From an uncultured Candidatus Rokubacteria bacterium (GTDB lineage: Bacteria; Methylomirabilota; Methylomirabilia; Rokubacteriales; CSP1-6), in contig CAVYTA010000006.1 in assembly GCA_963771355.1 (NCBI GenBank), positions 2,368,001-2,432,000 on the forward strand: a stretch of DNA of 64,000 nt, read 5' to 3'. Below, one piece after another: positions 29,310 through 41,332 of the stretch. The position numbers and the translations under genes are program-made. Below the pieces are notes generated by a model that saw nothing but the letters and a program-made list of their open reading frames with translations, ran no database searches and was not told the origin of the DNA. How positions within the stretch are numbered: position 1 is the first letter of the stretch; the number at the start of each line of letters is the position of its first letter.

Positions 29310-30265
29310 GGACGCCCATCGTGCTCGCGCTGGTCGGGATTGCCACCGCTGATCGCGCCGCTGGTGTCGCCGGCCTACTACGTCACCCTCATGCTGCCGT
29401 TCATGGCGTACGGGGTCGTCCTGCTGGGGCTGAACCTGCTCTTCGGCTCCGCCGGGCTCGTGTCCTTCGGCCACGCGCTCTTCATCGGCATCGGCGCCTA
29501 CACCGGCGCGGTGCTGACGACCCATCTGGGCGTCCGGCACATGGAGCTGATCCTGCCCGCGGGCGCGCTCGCCGCCGCCATCGTGGCCGCGCCGGTGGGC
29601 GCCCTCTGCGTGCGCTACGTCAAGATCTACTTCGGGATGCTGACCCTCGCCTTCGGCATGGTCTTCTATACGTTCCTCCTCAAGTTCTACCGACTGACCG
29701 GCGGCGACGAGGGCATGCGCGTGCTGCGCCCCTATCTGCTCGGCCGCGAGTGGTCGGGGTTCTCGAAGACCGACTACCTGATCGGGCCCTACTACTACTT
29801 CTCTCTCGCGGTCCTGGTGCTGGCCACGCTCCTCATGTGGCGGATCGTGCGGTCGCCCGTTCGGCCTGTGCCTCCGGACCATCCGCGACAATCCCCTCAA
29901 GGCCGAGAGCCTCGGCGTCAGCGTGCCGCGCTACCGCTGGTACGCCTTCATGATCTCCGCCGTCTATGCCGCGGTCGGGGGCGCGCTGCTGGCCCCGCCC
30001 ACCGGGAACGTGGATCCCACGCTCGCGTACTGGACGCACTCGGGGAACATCGTCTTCATGGTGCTGCTCGGCGGCTTCTCGTCGTTCTTCGGCCCGCTCC
30101 TGGGCGCCTTCGTCTTCATCTTCCTGCAGGACACGGTCATGTCGGTCTTCCCCTACTGGCGGCTCATCTTCGGCGCGGTGCTCGCCTTCATCGTCATCTT
30201 CGCGCCGGGAGGGCTGATGGGCCTCCTGTCCCGCCGCCGGGCCGTCGAGGTGCTCGGGCGCGTGA
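29306..30265 (+). CDS. livM: BCAA-type ABC permease (frameshifted ~29340, ~29860)
   Basis: GLNLLFG..GLVSFGH, YFGMLTLAF, TGGDEG, MVLLGG..FFGP, PGGLMG. Confidence 0.85.
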
Positions 30266-31018
30266 TCCTCGAGGCGCGCGACGTCCGCAAGCTCTACGGC
30301 GCCTACGTGGCGCTCGACGGCGTGAGCCTGGCGATCCGCGAGGGCGAGTTCGTCTCCATCATCGGCCCGAACGGCGCCGGCAAGTCCACCCTGATCAACG
30401 TGCTGACCGGGGTGCTCGCGGCCGAGCGCGGGCAGCGTGCGCTTCAAGGGACAGGACATCGGCGGGATCGGGACCGTCGCGCTCACCCGGCTCGGGATGG
30501 CGCGGAGCTTCCAGCTCGTCCAGATCTTCCCCGAGCTGACCGTGCTGGAGACGCTGCAGGCCGCGGTCATCTCCCGGCTCGGCAAGGGCACGCGGTTTCT
30601 CTCCTCGCTCCGCCGCGACCGCCAGGTGCAGGCGGATGCGCTCGAGGTCGCCGAGCTCTTCGGCCTCGCCGGCAAGGCGCACGCGCTCGCGCGCACCCTG
30701 CCCCAGGGCGACAAGAAGCTGCTCGACGTCGCCTCGGCCTTCGCGCTGCGTCCCGAGATCATCCTGCTCGACGAGCCGACGAGCGGCGTCAGCACCGCCG
30801 ACAAGCACGTGGTCATGGAGATTCTCGTGGGCGCCGCCAAGCGCATCGGGCTGCGCGCCATCATCCAGGTCGAGCACGACATGGACATCGTCTTCGGCTA
30901 CTCCCACCGGATCATCGCGCTCCACCAGGGCAAGGTCCTGGCCGACGCCACCCCGGCCGAGATCCAGGCCGACGCCCGGGTGGTGGACATGGTCGTCGGC
31001 CGGCGGCGAAACCCCTGA
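30262..31018 (+). CDS. livG: BCAA-type ABC ATPase (frameshifted ~30430)
   Basis: IIGPNGAGKST, ARSFQ, LLDEPTSG, VEHDMD. Confidence 0.88.
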
Positions 31019-31727
31019 TGCTCTCGATCCGCGACCTCGACGTGTACATCCAGGCCAGCCACATCCTCCGGAGGCTTTCGCTCGACGTCGGCGCCGACGA
31101 GGTCGTGTGCCTGGTGGGCCGGAACGGCGCGGGCAAGACCACCCTGCTCCGGACCATCATGGGCTATCTCCGCCCGCGCGCGGGGTCCATCTCCTTCAAG
31201 GGCGCCGGCATCCACGGCCGGCCCACCCACGAGATCGCGCGGGAGGGCATCGGCTTCGCTCCCGAGGACAGCGGCATCTTCGCGGACCTCACCGTGGCCG
31301 AGAACATCGAGATCTCGACGTGGACGCGGACGACGGGGCGTGCGGCCGCGGCCCGTATCGAGGGCGCCTACGCGGTCTTCCCGGTGCTGCGGAACGTACG
31401 TGGCGCGGAAGGGCCCGGAGATGAGCGGGGGCGAGCGCAAGATGCTCTCCATCGCGCGCGCGCTCGCGCTGGACCCCGAGCTGCTCCTTCTCGACGAGCC
31501 GTTCGAGGGGCTCTCCCCCGCCATCATCCCCGCGGTGACGGACGGCATCGCCTCGATCACGCGCCTCGGCCACGGCATCCTCATCGCCGAGTCGAATATC
31601 CACCACGTGCCGGACTTCGCCGCGCGCCTCTACGTGATCGAGCGCGGCGAGATCATCTTCGCGGGGCGGCCGGAGGAGGCGCACCGCGACGCCGCCGTGC
31701 TGCGGGTGATCGGCGGGCGCGGCGTGA
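31018..31727 (+). CDS. livF: BCAA-type ABC ATPase (frameshifted ~31395; end approximate)
   Basis: GRNGAGKTT, LTVAENI, MSGGERKML, LLDEPFEGL; TGATG overlap with livG. Confidence 0.88.
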
Positions 31728-31747
31728 CGCGCTCGGGCCTCTACCGG

Positions 31748-32806
31748 CTACGACGTCCGGACACTGTAGAGGCGCACCGCCTCGGCTTTGCCCCGCAGCT
31801 CTCGCTCGCCCATGTCCTCGACCTCGAGCTCCGCGGGCAGCTGGCATCGGCTCAGCAGCGCCTCCGACACCAGGACGCGCCGCTCCAGCGGGCGACACTG
31901 CGCCTCCACCCGCGCCGCGGTGTTGACGGTGTCGCCGCTGTGGACGATGTCCTTCTTGATGTCGCCGATCTCCGCGGTGACGACGGGCCCGCCGTGCAGG
32001 CCCGCCTTGAACTCGGGGACTCGCCCATATCGCGCGAGATACCGATCCTTCTGCGCGTGGATGCGCTCGGACACGAGAAACACGCAGCGGAGACAGTTCC
32101 CCTGGCGGAGGCCCCGCTCGGTCGTCCAGGTCACCACCGCCTCGTCTCCCACGTACTGGTAGATCCGGCCGCGTGTCGCGAGCACGGGCTCGGCGATGTC
32201 GTGGAAGAAGTCGTTCTTGAAGTCGTTGAAGCGCAAGGGCCCCAGCTCGGCGGCGATCGCGGTGGAGTCGTTCAGGTCGAGGAACATGAAGATGCGGTCC
32301 TCCGCCACCGGCCGGTGATAGCGGCCCAGCAGGAGGCTCATCAGCGTGCCCGGGCCGAGCAGCCGGTTGAGCTGGCGCACGAAGTTGATGAAGAAGCTCA
32401 CCAGCGGTGAGGATCGCCAGCGCCACCAGCGAAGCGCCCGCCCAGCACGAAGTCCCGGTATTGCGCGGATCGGTAGTACGCGAAGAGGCCTCCGTGCTCG
32501 GACAGTCCCAGCAGGCTCATCGTCACCGCGTGGATGGCGACGGCGCACAGGGTGACGTAGAAGAAGGTCCGGACGAGGAGGAAACCGCCCATGGTGAGGG
32601 CCCGCATCATCCGCGGCGCCAGCGCGCAGCTCGAACCAGGCGCTGCCGAGCCCCATGACGGCTCCGGTCGCCACCGCGGTGAGCTCCCGGGCGAGGTGCG
32701 TCGGCACGCGCCGCACGACCCAGTGCACGAGCACGGCCGCGCCGATCCAGCCGCACATGATCCAGAGGGCAGTCCGTGCCGTGTAGAAGGCTCGCCGCGA
32801 GAGCAC
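31748..32806 (-). CDS. Membrane-anchored class III nucleotide cyclase (compensating frameshifts in TM region)
   Basis: FMFLDLNDST, YQYVGDE, FKAGLHGG, GDTVNTAARVE, LRGK. TM segments at ~32400-32630 read properly in other frames. Confidence 0.85.
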   Translation of the reverse strand: MLSRRAFYTARTALWIMCGWIGAAVLVHWVVRRVPTHLARELTAVATGAVMGLGSAWFELRAGAADDAGPHHGRFPPRPDLLLRHPVRRRHPRGDDEPAGTVRARRPLRVLPIRAIPGLRAGRALRWWRWRSSPLVSFFINFVRQLNRLLGPGTLMSLLLGRYHRPVAEDRIFMFLDLNDSTAIAAELGPLRFNDFKNDFFHDIAEPVLATRGRIYQYVGDEAVVTWTTERGLRQGNCLRCVFLVSERIHAQKDRYLARYGRVPEFKAGLHGGPVVTAEIGDIKKDIVHSGDTVNTAARVEAQCRPLERRVLVSEALLSRCQLPAELEVEDMGERELRGKAEAVRLYSVRTS

Positions 32807-32810
32807 GGCC

Positions 32811-33665
32811 TCAGCGCGCCAGAGAGCGGATCTCGTCCAGCACCGGTACCAGATATCTCCGGAACTGCTCCGGATTCTCGCTCATCGGGAAGTGGCCGAT
32901 CTCCTTCATCTCGGTGAAGCGGGCGCCGGGGATCTTCTCCGCGGTGGCGCGCGTGTCGTCGGGGGTGCAGGAGAAATCGTACTCGCCGGTGAGGAGGTAG
33001 AGCGGGCAGCGCGCGGTGTCGATCTCGCCCACGCGGTCGCGGAAGTCGCCGTCGATCCGATAGAACCAGAGATCGCCCTTGAACACGCCCGGCCCGCCCT
33101 GCATGTAGCCCCAGAGCGTGTCCCAGCGCGTCTCGTCGGGGCTTTGCGGCGCGATGAGGCCGGACATGAGCGCGCCCGCCAGCTCGCCGCCGTGCACGTC
33201 GGGCCGGTGCAGCCACCCGGTGTCGTCGTACCAGGGCGGCTGATAGGCGGCGGACTCCACGCCGATGAGCGCGCGGAAGCGCTCCGGGTGCAGGCGCGCC
33301 AGCTCCAGCGTGATCTTGCCGCCGATGGAGCAGCCCAGCACCACCGGGCGCTCGAGGGCGAGCGCCTCACAGAAGGCCAGGATCATCTCGATATAGCCGG
33401 ATGCGGTCAGCCGGTACTCTTCGTCCTGCCAGCCGGCGGGCGGCAGCGATTTGCCATGCCAGGGCATGTCGAAGGCCAGCACGCGGAAGTCGCGCGTGAT
33501 CACGCGGTCGTTGAGGAGATGGCGATACTGCTTGCCGTCGGCGCCCGCGGTGTGGAGGCAGACGAGCGGAATGCCCTGGCCGGCCTCCTCGAAGTAGACG
33601 CGATGCGGTCGCCCGCCCAGGGTCAGCGTCAGGTAGCGGCCGATGATGGGCTCGAGGTCGGCCAT
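32811..33665 (-). CDS. Alpha/beta fold hydrolase
   Basis: LHTAGAD, DMPWHGKS, GCSIGG nucleophile elbow, GEYD, GHFPMSENP. Confidence 0.9.
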   Translation of the reverse strand: MADLEPIIGRYLTLTLGGRPHRVYFEEAGQGIPLVCLHTAGADGKQYRHLLNDRVITRDFRVLAFDMPWHGKSLPPAGWQDEEYRLTASGYIEMILAFCEALALERPVVLGCSIGGKITLELARLHPERFRALIGVESAAYQPPWYDDTGWLHRPDVHGGELAGALMSGLIAPQSPDETRWDTLWGYMQGGPGVFKGDLWFYRIDGDFRDRVGEIDTARCPLYLLTGEYDFSCTPDDTRATAEKIPGARFTEMKEIGHFPMSENPEQFRRYLVPVLDEIRSLAR

Positions 33666-33668
33666 GCC

Positions 33669-34059
33669 CTAGCTCTCGCCCGCCGCGGCGGGGGATGGCG
33701 ATGACATCCTTCACGTAGCGCAGGTTCGCCATGAGGGGTATAAGATCGCCTTCCACGCTTGCCACGCCGAGCTTCTTCATGGCAAAGAGATCGTGGTAGC
33801 CGGGGGCGGGCACCGGCTCCCAGAAGCGCCGCCAGGCTTCGGTGGAGGCGCGGATGGCGAAGGTCCACGGCCGCATGAGAAAGGGTCCGCGCTCGAGGCC
33901 GGCCACGCGGCCCTCGTGAACGCGGAGCAGGTAGGCGGAGTCGCCCGCCTCGAGCAGGAAGGTGGTCGAGCAGTAGCGCCCGCGCCGGACCAGCCCGGCG
34001 TCGGCGTTGACCAGATCGGGAATCGACAGAATGCGCGCGTGCACGGGGTCGTCGGCCAC
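33669..34059 (-). CDS. Small hypothetical protein (~130 aa, possibly SCP2-like fold); probable indel at the 3' end
   Basis: LVNADAGLVRRGRY...AWRRFWEPVPAPGYHDLFAM...VEGDLIPLMANLRYVKD; TATAAT 7 nt before GTG 34059; an out-of-frame TAG at 33669-33671. Confidence 0.65.
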
Positions 34060-34109
34060 GGCGCCGATTATAGCCCCGGCCGCGCCGGACACGAGAAAGG
34101 ACGCCCGTC

Positions 34110-35141
34110 ATGGCTGAGCTGCCTCTGATCCCCTCCACCGTCGTCGGCTCGCACGGCAAGGCCGCGTGGTGGTACACCGCGGTGAAGGCGCTGGAGGCGG
34201 GCGAGTTCGGCCCCGGCGACCTCGAGGAGATGTTCGACGACGCCGCCGACACCGCCATCCGCGACATGGAGCGGGCCGGGCTCGACATCATCACCGACGG
34301 CGAGGTGCGCCGGCTCGACGGCTACGTGGACTCCTACTACGCGATCATCAAGGGCATCTCCCCGCTGCCGGTGAAGCGCAAGGTCGGGCCCTGGGGCTAC
34401 GACCAGCAGACGCGTTACGAGGCGGTGGGGCGGATCGAGACCCCGCCGGGTGGGCTCGGCATCGTCAAGGAGTTCGAGTACGCCAAGGCGCACACCGGCC
34501 GGCGCCTCAAGGCCACCTGCGCGGGCCCCCTCACCTTCGGTTCGCGCATCCATCCGGGCAAGACCTACAAGGGCGTGGTGGACGTGGCCGAGCGCTTCGC
34601 GGAGGTGATCAACGCGGAGTGCAAGGCGCTGGTGGCGGCAGGCGCCGAGATCATCCAGCTCGACGAGCCCGCGCGGGGCAATGTCTCCGGCGAGGAGATG
34701 GCGCGGCTCTACAACCTGGCCACCGAAGGCGTGAAGGCCAAGCTCGGCTTTCACGTCTGTTTCGGCAACCGCTTCGGCCGCTCGCGCTTCGACCGCTCCT
34801 ACCGGCCCTACTTCCCCGGCCTCCTCAAGGCCCGCGCCGACCAGTTCGTGCTGGAATTCGCGGGGCGCGAGCTCTCCGAGCTCGACGTCTGGAAGGAGTA
34901 CGGCGCGGGGCGCGAGCTCGGCGCGGGCGTCGTCGACGTGAAGGGCTTCTATCCGGAGGCGCCCGAGGAGGTGGCCAAGCGCATCCGCCGCGTGCTGCAG
35001 GTCTGCCCCGCGGAGAAGCTCTACGTCAATCCCGACTGCGGCTTCGGCTGGTCACCGCGCTACATGTGCAACCAGAAGATCGGCGCCCTCGCCGCCGGCG
35101 CCGCGCTGGCGCGCGCGGAGGTGACAGGGCGCCGCGCCTAG
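34110..35141 (+). CDS. Cobalamin-independent methionine synthase 'core'/catalytic-barrel family Zn enzyme, paralogue 2
   Basis: DMERAGLDIITDGEVRR, GPLTF, IQLDEP, HVCFGN, FVLEFA, GVVDVK, NPDCG. Confidence 0.9.
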   Translation: MAELPLIPSTVVGSHGKAAWWYTAVKALEAGEFGPGDLEEMFDDAADTAIRDMERAGLDIITDGEVRRLDGYVDSYYAIIKGISPLPVKRKVGPWGYDQQTRYEAVGRIETPPGGLGIVKEFEYAKAHTGRRLKATCAGPLTFGSRIHPGKTYKGVVDVAERFAEVINAECKALVAAGAEIIQLDEPARGNVSGEEMARLYNLATEGVKAKLGFHVCFGNRFGRSRFDRSYRPYFPGLLKARADQFVLEFAGRELSELDVWKEYGAGRELGAGVVDVKGFYPEAPEEVAKRIRRVLQVCPAEKLYVNPDCGFGWSPRYMCNQKIGALAAGAALARAEVTGRRA

Positions 35142-35149
35142 GAGGTGGG

Positions 35150-37393
35150 TCAGCGGCCGGCGGGGCGCCGCGTCTTCTGGTAGAGGGCGGAGACCCCGAG
35201 CAACGCCACCCCGAGCACGAGGAAGGACACCACGCGGTATACCGTGCTCACTGCCGCCAGATCCACCAGGAACACCTTGACCACGGTGAGCCCGAAGAGG
35301 GCCAGCGCGCCGTAGCGCACCACCGGCGTCCCGCGCACGAAGCCCCAGGCCAGCGCGGCGGCGGCGTAGAAGGTCCAGAGGAGCGAGAGCCCCACCTGGG
35401 TCCGCCACTCGACCCGCGCCACTTCGGCGAAGTCACGCGCCCGGCGGGCCGTCAGCGCGAATTCGTTCTGGTAGCGGATCCAGTGCAGGCTCAGGGTCGC
35501 GAGCAGCAGCACCGCCGCCGTCCCCGGCAAGCCCCGGCGCAGGACGAGCGAGAGGTCGGCGCGGCCGGCGGTATCCGCCACCGCGTTCCCGGCGACCGCG
35601 AGGGCGACGCAGGCCAGGATGCGCACGAGCAGGGGCGCGGAGACGAGGCTCGCGCCGGCCGCGCGCGCGAGGGCATCATCCGCCACGAAGACCCGGGCCA
35701 GCATCACCAGGCCCACCAGCAGCGTGGCAACCGCCCACGCGGGCGCGGGGAGGATCCGCGCCAGCAGCGCGATGATCAGCAGCTCGGCGATGAGGAGGCC
35801 CGCGGGCCAGAGACCCGTCGGCTCTCGCCACAGAAGCACGGCCAGGAGGCCGGCCGCCCCCACCCAGAGAATGTCGCGCAGGCCGTCACGCGCCAGGCCG
35901 CGGAGCCCCTCCGGCCTCGCGCGGCCCGCGAGCCAGCCCGCCGACGCGACCACCACCACCACGAGCAGGTGCACGAGATAGGTGAGATTCCACACCGGGT
36001 GCGCGACCCGCTCCCAGCCCACGTCGAGCCAGCCCGCGCGGGCCACGGCCAGCGTCAGGGCGAGCAGCCCGCCCAGCGGCGCCACCGATGTGGTGAGCCG
36101 CGAGGCCGCCCAGATCAGCACCAGCCCTTCCACCGCCCAGGCCAGCGTCACCCATCGACCATCCAGCGCAAGCGGGAAGGCGATGGTGAGCGAGGTCCAG
36201 GCCAGCCCCTCGTACGCGATGGCCGTACCCGCGTCGTCGGGCACGCGCCGGGCATAGTCGGCGGCAATCAACCGGTACACGATGGCCAGGGCAAGCGCGA
36301 GCGGCACCTCGAGACGGGGCTGCCAGGCCTCCAGGGTCCAGTAGGCGAAGGCGAAGTAGGCTGCGGCATTGGCCACGGTGAGGGCCAGGTCCAGCTCGCG
36401 GCCGCGCCGACCTTCGGCCCGCTCGCGCCAGATCGGCGCGGCGAGGAAGATCGCCCAGAGCAGCGTGAGCAGGATGAGCCGCGCCAGGGGGTGGGGTCCC
36501 GGCGCCGGATCCAGGACGAGCGTCGACAGTATCGCGGCGGTCCCCACCCACGCCAGGCGGTTCAGCGAGGGCCAGGTGCGGAAGCGCGCGATGAGGAGCA
36601 CGAGCACGTCCAGCACCACGAGGTAGACCAGCAGCCGCCGCTCGTCGGGCTGGGGCACGCGCACCAGCACGGGGGTGAGCAGACCGCCCAGCACCGCGAG
36701 CACCGCGGTGGCCTCCCGCCGCGTGGCGACGGAAACCCCGGCGCCCGCGAGCGTCACCGCGAACATACCCGCGAAGGTCGGGCCGCTGGCGAGCAAGTTG
36801 TAGAGCGCGTGCGCGGCGAAGAGCGAGAGATAGAGCATGCCGAGACCGCCCCCGGCGAGCCCCTCCGAAAGGAAGGGCAGGTCGCGGCGCGGGTGGAGGA
36901 GGAGACCGGCCACGAGGAGCGCGACGCCGGCGACGCAGCCGAGCATCACCCGGCCCGCGGGCCCGATCAGGTCATTGTCGAAGGACCACTTCAGGAAGAA
37001 GCTCACGCCGAAGAGGATGGCGACGATGCCCACCCAGGTCGCCCAGCGCGCGCCGATGCGCTGCTCGAGGTCACGGGTTGCCCGCGTCGTGGATGCCGGC
37101 TGGGGCACCGGCGGCTCCGGGACCGGCGGCGGCGGGAGCGGGGGCGCGACGTAGACGGAGACGGGCGGCGGGGGCGCGACGACAGTGCCCACGTCTGCAA
37201 CGGGCTCGCTCGTCGTCTCCGGCCCGCGCGTGGCCAGGGCCAGCTCGAGCCGGTGCATGCGCTCGTAGAGCGAGCGAAGCTGATCCTCAATGGCGATCAA
37301 GCGCGCGTCCTCGCGCGACTGGAGGCGCCGCGGGCTACTCAGCAGCGCCCAGATCGCCAGCACGATGGCGATGAGGGAAAGCAGCAGCTCCAC
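35150..37393 (-). CDS. DUF2339-type polytopic membrane protein
   Basis: Pro-rich linker, DLEQRIGARW, GPAGRV, LGGLLTP, KVFLVDL, YRVVSFLVLG. Confidence 0.85.
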   Translation of the reverse strand: MELLLSLIAIVLAIWALLSSPRRLQSREDARLIAIEDQLRSLYERMHRLELALATRGPETTSEPVADVGTVVAPPPPVSVYVAPPLPPPPVPEPPVPQPASTTRATRDLEQRIGARWATWVGIVAILFGVSFFLKWSFDNDLIGPAGRVMLGCVAGVALLVAGLLLHPRRDLPFLSEGLAGGGLGMLYLSLFAAHALYNLLASGPTFAGMFAVTLAGAGVSVATRREATAVLAVLGGLLTPVLVRVPQPDERRLLVYLVVLDVLVLLIARFRTWPSLNRLAWVGTAAILSTLVLDPAPGPHPLARLILLTLLWAIFLAAPIWRERAEGRRGRELDLALTVANAAAYFAFAYWTLEAWQPRLEVPLALALAIVYRLIAADYARRVPDDAGTAIAYEGLAWTSLTIAFPLALDGRWVTLAWAVEGLVLIWAASRLTTSVAPLGGLLALTLAVARAGWLDVGWERVAHPVWNLTYLVHLLVVVVVASAGWLAGRARPEGLRGLARDGLRDILWVGAAGLLAVLLWREPTGLWPAGLLIAELLIIALLARILPAPAWAVATLLVGLVMLARVFVADDALARAAGASLVSAPLLVRILACVALAVAGNAVADTAGRADLSLVLRRGLPGTAAVLLLATLSLHWIRYQNEFALTARRARDFAEVARVEWRTQVGLSLLWTFYAAAALAWGFVRGTPVVRYGALALFGLTVVKVFLVDLAAVSTVYRVVSFLVLGVALLGVSALYQKTRRPAGR

Positions 37394-37479
37394 AGTGACC
37401 TCAGCGAGAGCCTATACTGTACCCTTGGGTTTCCCGGCAGCATTTCAGTGCCGGGCAACGCGATCGGAGGACGTGACGG

Positions 37480-38055
37480 ATGCTTCTTCGTGTCGGGCCG
37501 AAAACCGTGACGCTGGGCTTGCTGCTCGGTCTGATCGTGGCCGCGGCGGCCCCGCTCCACGCGGACGTCACCCGCTTCCGCATCCAGCCCGAGGCCAGCG
37601 AGGTCGCCTTCCACGCCACCTCGCGGCTCATGAACGCGGACGGTCGCTTCTCGCGCTTCGCCGGCGACGTGACGGTGGACCCGGCCGACCTGAATACCGC
37701 GCGGGTGACGGTGCGGGTGGAGGCGGCGTCGCTCGACACCGGCATCACCATGCGCGACCGGCACCTCCGCAGTGAGGACTTCTTTCACGTGGAGAAGTTC
37801 CCCGCCATCACCTTCGAGAGCCTGCGGGTGGAGGGCGCCGGCCGGCGCCTCCTGGTGGTCGGCCGGCTGACCCTTCGCGGCGTCACCCGCGAGGTCCGCG
37901 TGCCGGTGGACGTGAGCGTGGCGGGCAACCGGCTCGAGGCGCGCGGTCAGTTCGACGTCAAGCGCACCGATCACCGCATGATCTACGACTCCACGATGAA
38001 TCCCATCGGCGACCGGGTCCGCATCGAGTTCGCGTTCCGGGCCGAGGCCCCGTGA
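37480..38055 (+). CDS. YceI family protein
   Basis: Signal peptide; GRF, ASLDTG..RDRHLRSEDFF.V.KFP.ITF, GRLTLRGVTR. Confidence 0.92.
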   Translation: MLLRVGPKTVTLGLLLGLIVAAAAPLHADVTRFRIQPEASEVAFHATSRLMNADGRFSRFAGDVTVDPADLNTARVTVRVEAASLDTGITMRDRHLRSEDFFHVEKFPAITFESLRVEGAGRRLLVVGRLTLRGVTREVRVPVDVSVAGNRLEARGQFDVKRTDHRMIYDSTMNPIGDRVRIEFAFRAEAP

Positions 38056-38106
38056 CGCCGGCCATGCTATAAAGGCCGCCACGGATAGCGCCCCGGGAGG
38101 CAGGGC

Positions 38107-39171
38107 ATGACGGTCCCATCGGATAACGTGGCGGCGACGGTCGAGGTGCGCGAGGCGCACCGCTTCGACGTGGCCGTCCTCGAGCGCTACCTTCAGGACC
38201 GCGTGGGGGATTTCGCCGGCCCGCTCACGGTGCGGCAGTTCATGGGCGGGCAGTCCAACCCCACCTATCATCTCTCCACGCCGCGCGCCCAGTACGTGCT
38301 GCGCCGCAAGCCGCCGGGCAAGCTCCTCCCCTCCGCGCACGCGGTGGATCGGGAGTATCGCGTCATCACCGCACTGGCCGGCTCCGGAGTGCCGGTGCCG
38401 CGCACCTACATCCTTTGCCAGGACGACGCGGTGATCGGCACCTGGTTCTACCTCATGGAGTGCGTGCCCGGCCGGGTACTCACCGACCCGCGCCTCCCCG
38501 ACGAATCCCCCGCCGACCGCGCCCGGATCTACGACCACATGAACGCGGTGCTGGCGCGGCTGCACACGGTGGACTGGAAGGCGCTGGGCCTGGAGGACTT
38601 CGGCCGGCCGGGCAACTATTTCGCGCGGCAGATCCACCGCTGGACGGGCCAGTACCGCGCCTCCGAGACCGAGCGGATCGACTCCATGGAGCGCCTCATC
38701 GCCTGGCTGCCCGAGCACATCCCGGCGGACGACACCACCACGCTCGTGCACGGCGACTTCCGGCTCGGCAATACCATCGTGCACGCGACGGAGCCGCGCA
38801 TCGTGGCGGTGCTGGACTGGGAGCTATCCACCCTGGGTCATCCGCTGGCCGATCTCGGCTACAACTGCATGCCGTATCGCCTCGCCGCAGAGAGCATGGA
38901 CGGCTTCCAGGGCGCCGATCTCGCCGCCCTGGGCATGCCCACCGAATCCGAGTACCTCGCCGCCTATTGCCACCGCACCGGTCGGGCGGGTATCGCGGAC
39001 TGGGAGTTCTACGTGGCGTTCTCGATGTTCCGCCTCTCCGCCATCGCCCAGGGCATCATGGGGCGCGTCATCGCGGGCACCGCGAGCGATCCGCGCGCGC
39101 GCGACCGCGGGGCCCGCGCCCGCCCGCTCGCCGATGCCGGCTGGCGCGAGGTCGAGCGCCGCGGCGGCTAA
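38107..39171 (+). CDS. APH-family phosphotransferase (ACAD10/11 kinase-domain / LvaA-like)
   Basis: GGQSNPTY, VLRRKPPGKLLPSAHAVDREY, VHGDFRLGN, VLDWELSTLGHP. Confidence 0.92.
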   Translation: MTVPSDNVAATVEVREAHRFDVAVLERYLQDRVGDFAGPLTVRQFMGGQSNPTYHLSTPRAQYVLRRKPPGKLLPSAHAVDREYRVITALAGSGVPVPRTYILCQDDAVIGTWFYLMECVPGRVLTDPRLPDESPADRARIYDHMNAVLARLHTVDWKALGLEDFGRPGNYFARQIHRWTGQYRASETERIDSMERLIAWLPEHIPADDTTTLVHGDFRLGNTIVHATEPRIVAVLDWELSTLGHPLADLGYNCMPYRLAAESMDGFQGADLAALGMPTESEYLAAYCHRTGRAGIADWEFYVAFSMFRLSAIAQGIMGRVIAGTASDPRARDRGARARPLADAGWREVERRGG

Positions 39172-39187
39172 CACAAGGAGACCCAAC

Positions 39188-41278
<2,091 letters not shown>

Positions 41279-41332
41279 CCGTTCTTCCGCGGGGCGCGTC
41301 CGGGCCCGGCCTCGGGCTATAATACGGGGTCC

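Noticed and set aside
28364..31926. LivH-LivM and LivM-LivG-LivF fusion proteins
   Set aside because: ATGA, GTGA and TGATG junctions are visible at 29306, 30262 and 31016; the apparent fusions arise from indels.
34166..37510. 1114-aa plus-strand ORF and the many other long overlapping or antisense ORFs
   Set aside because: Shadow frames of well-supported genes, with low-complexity composition and no motifs.
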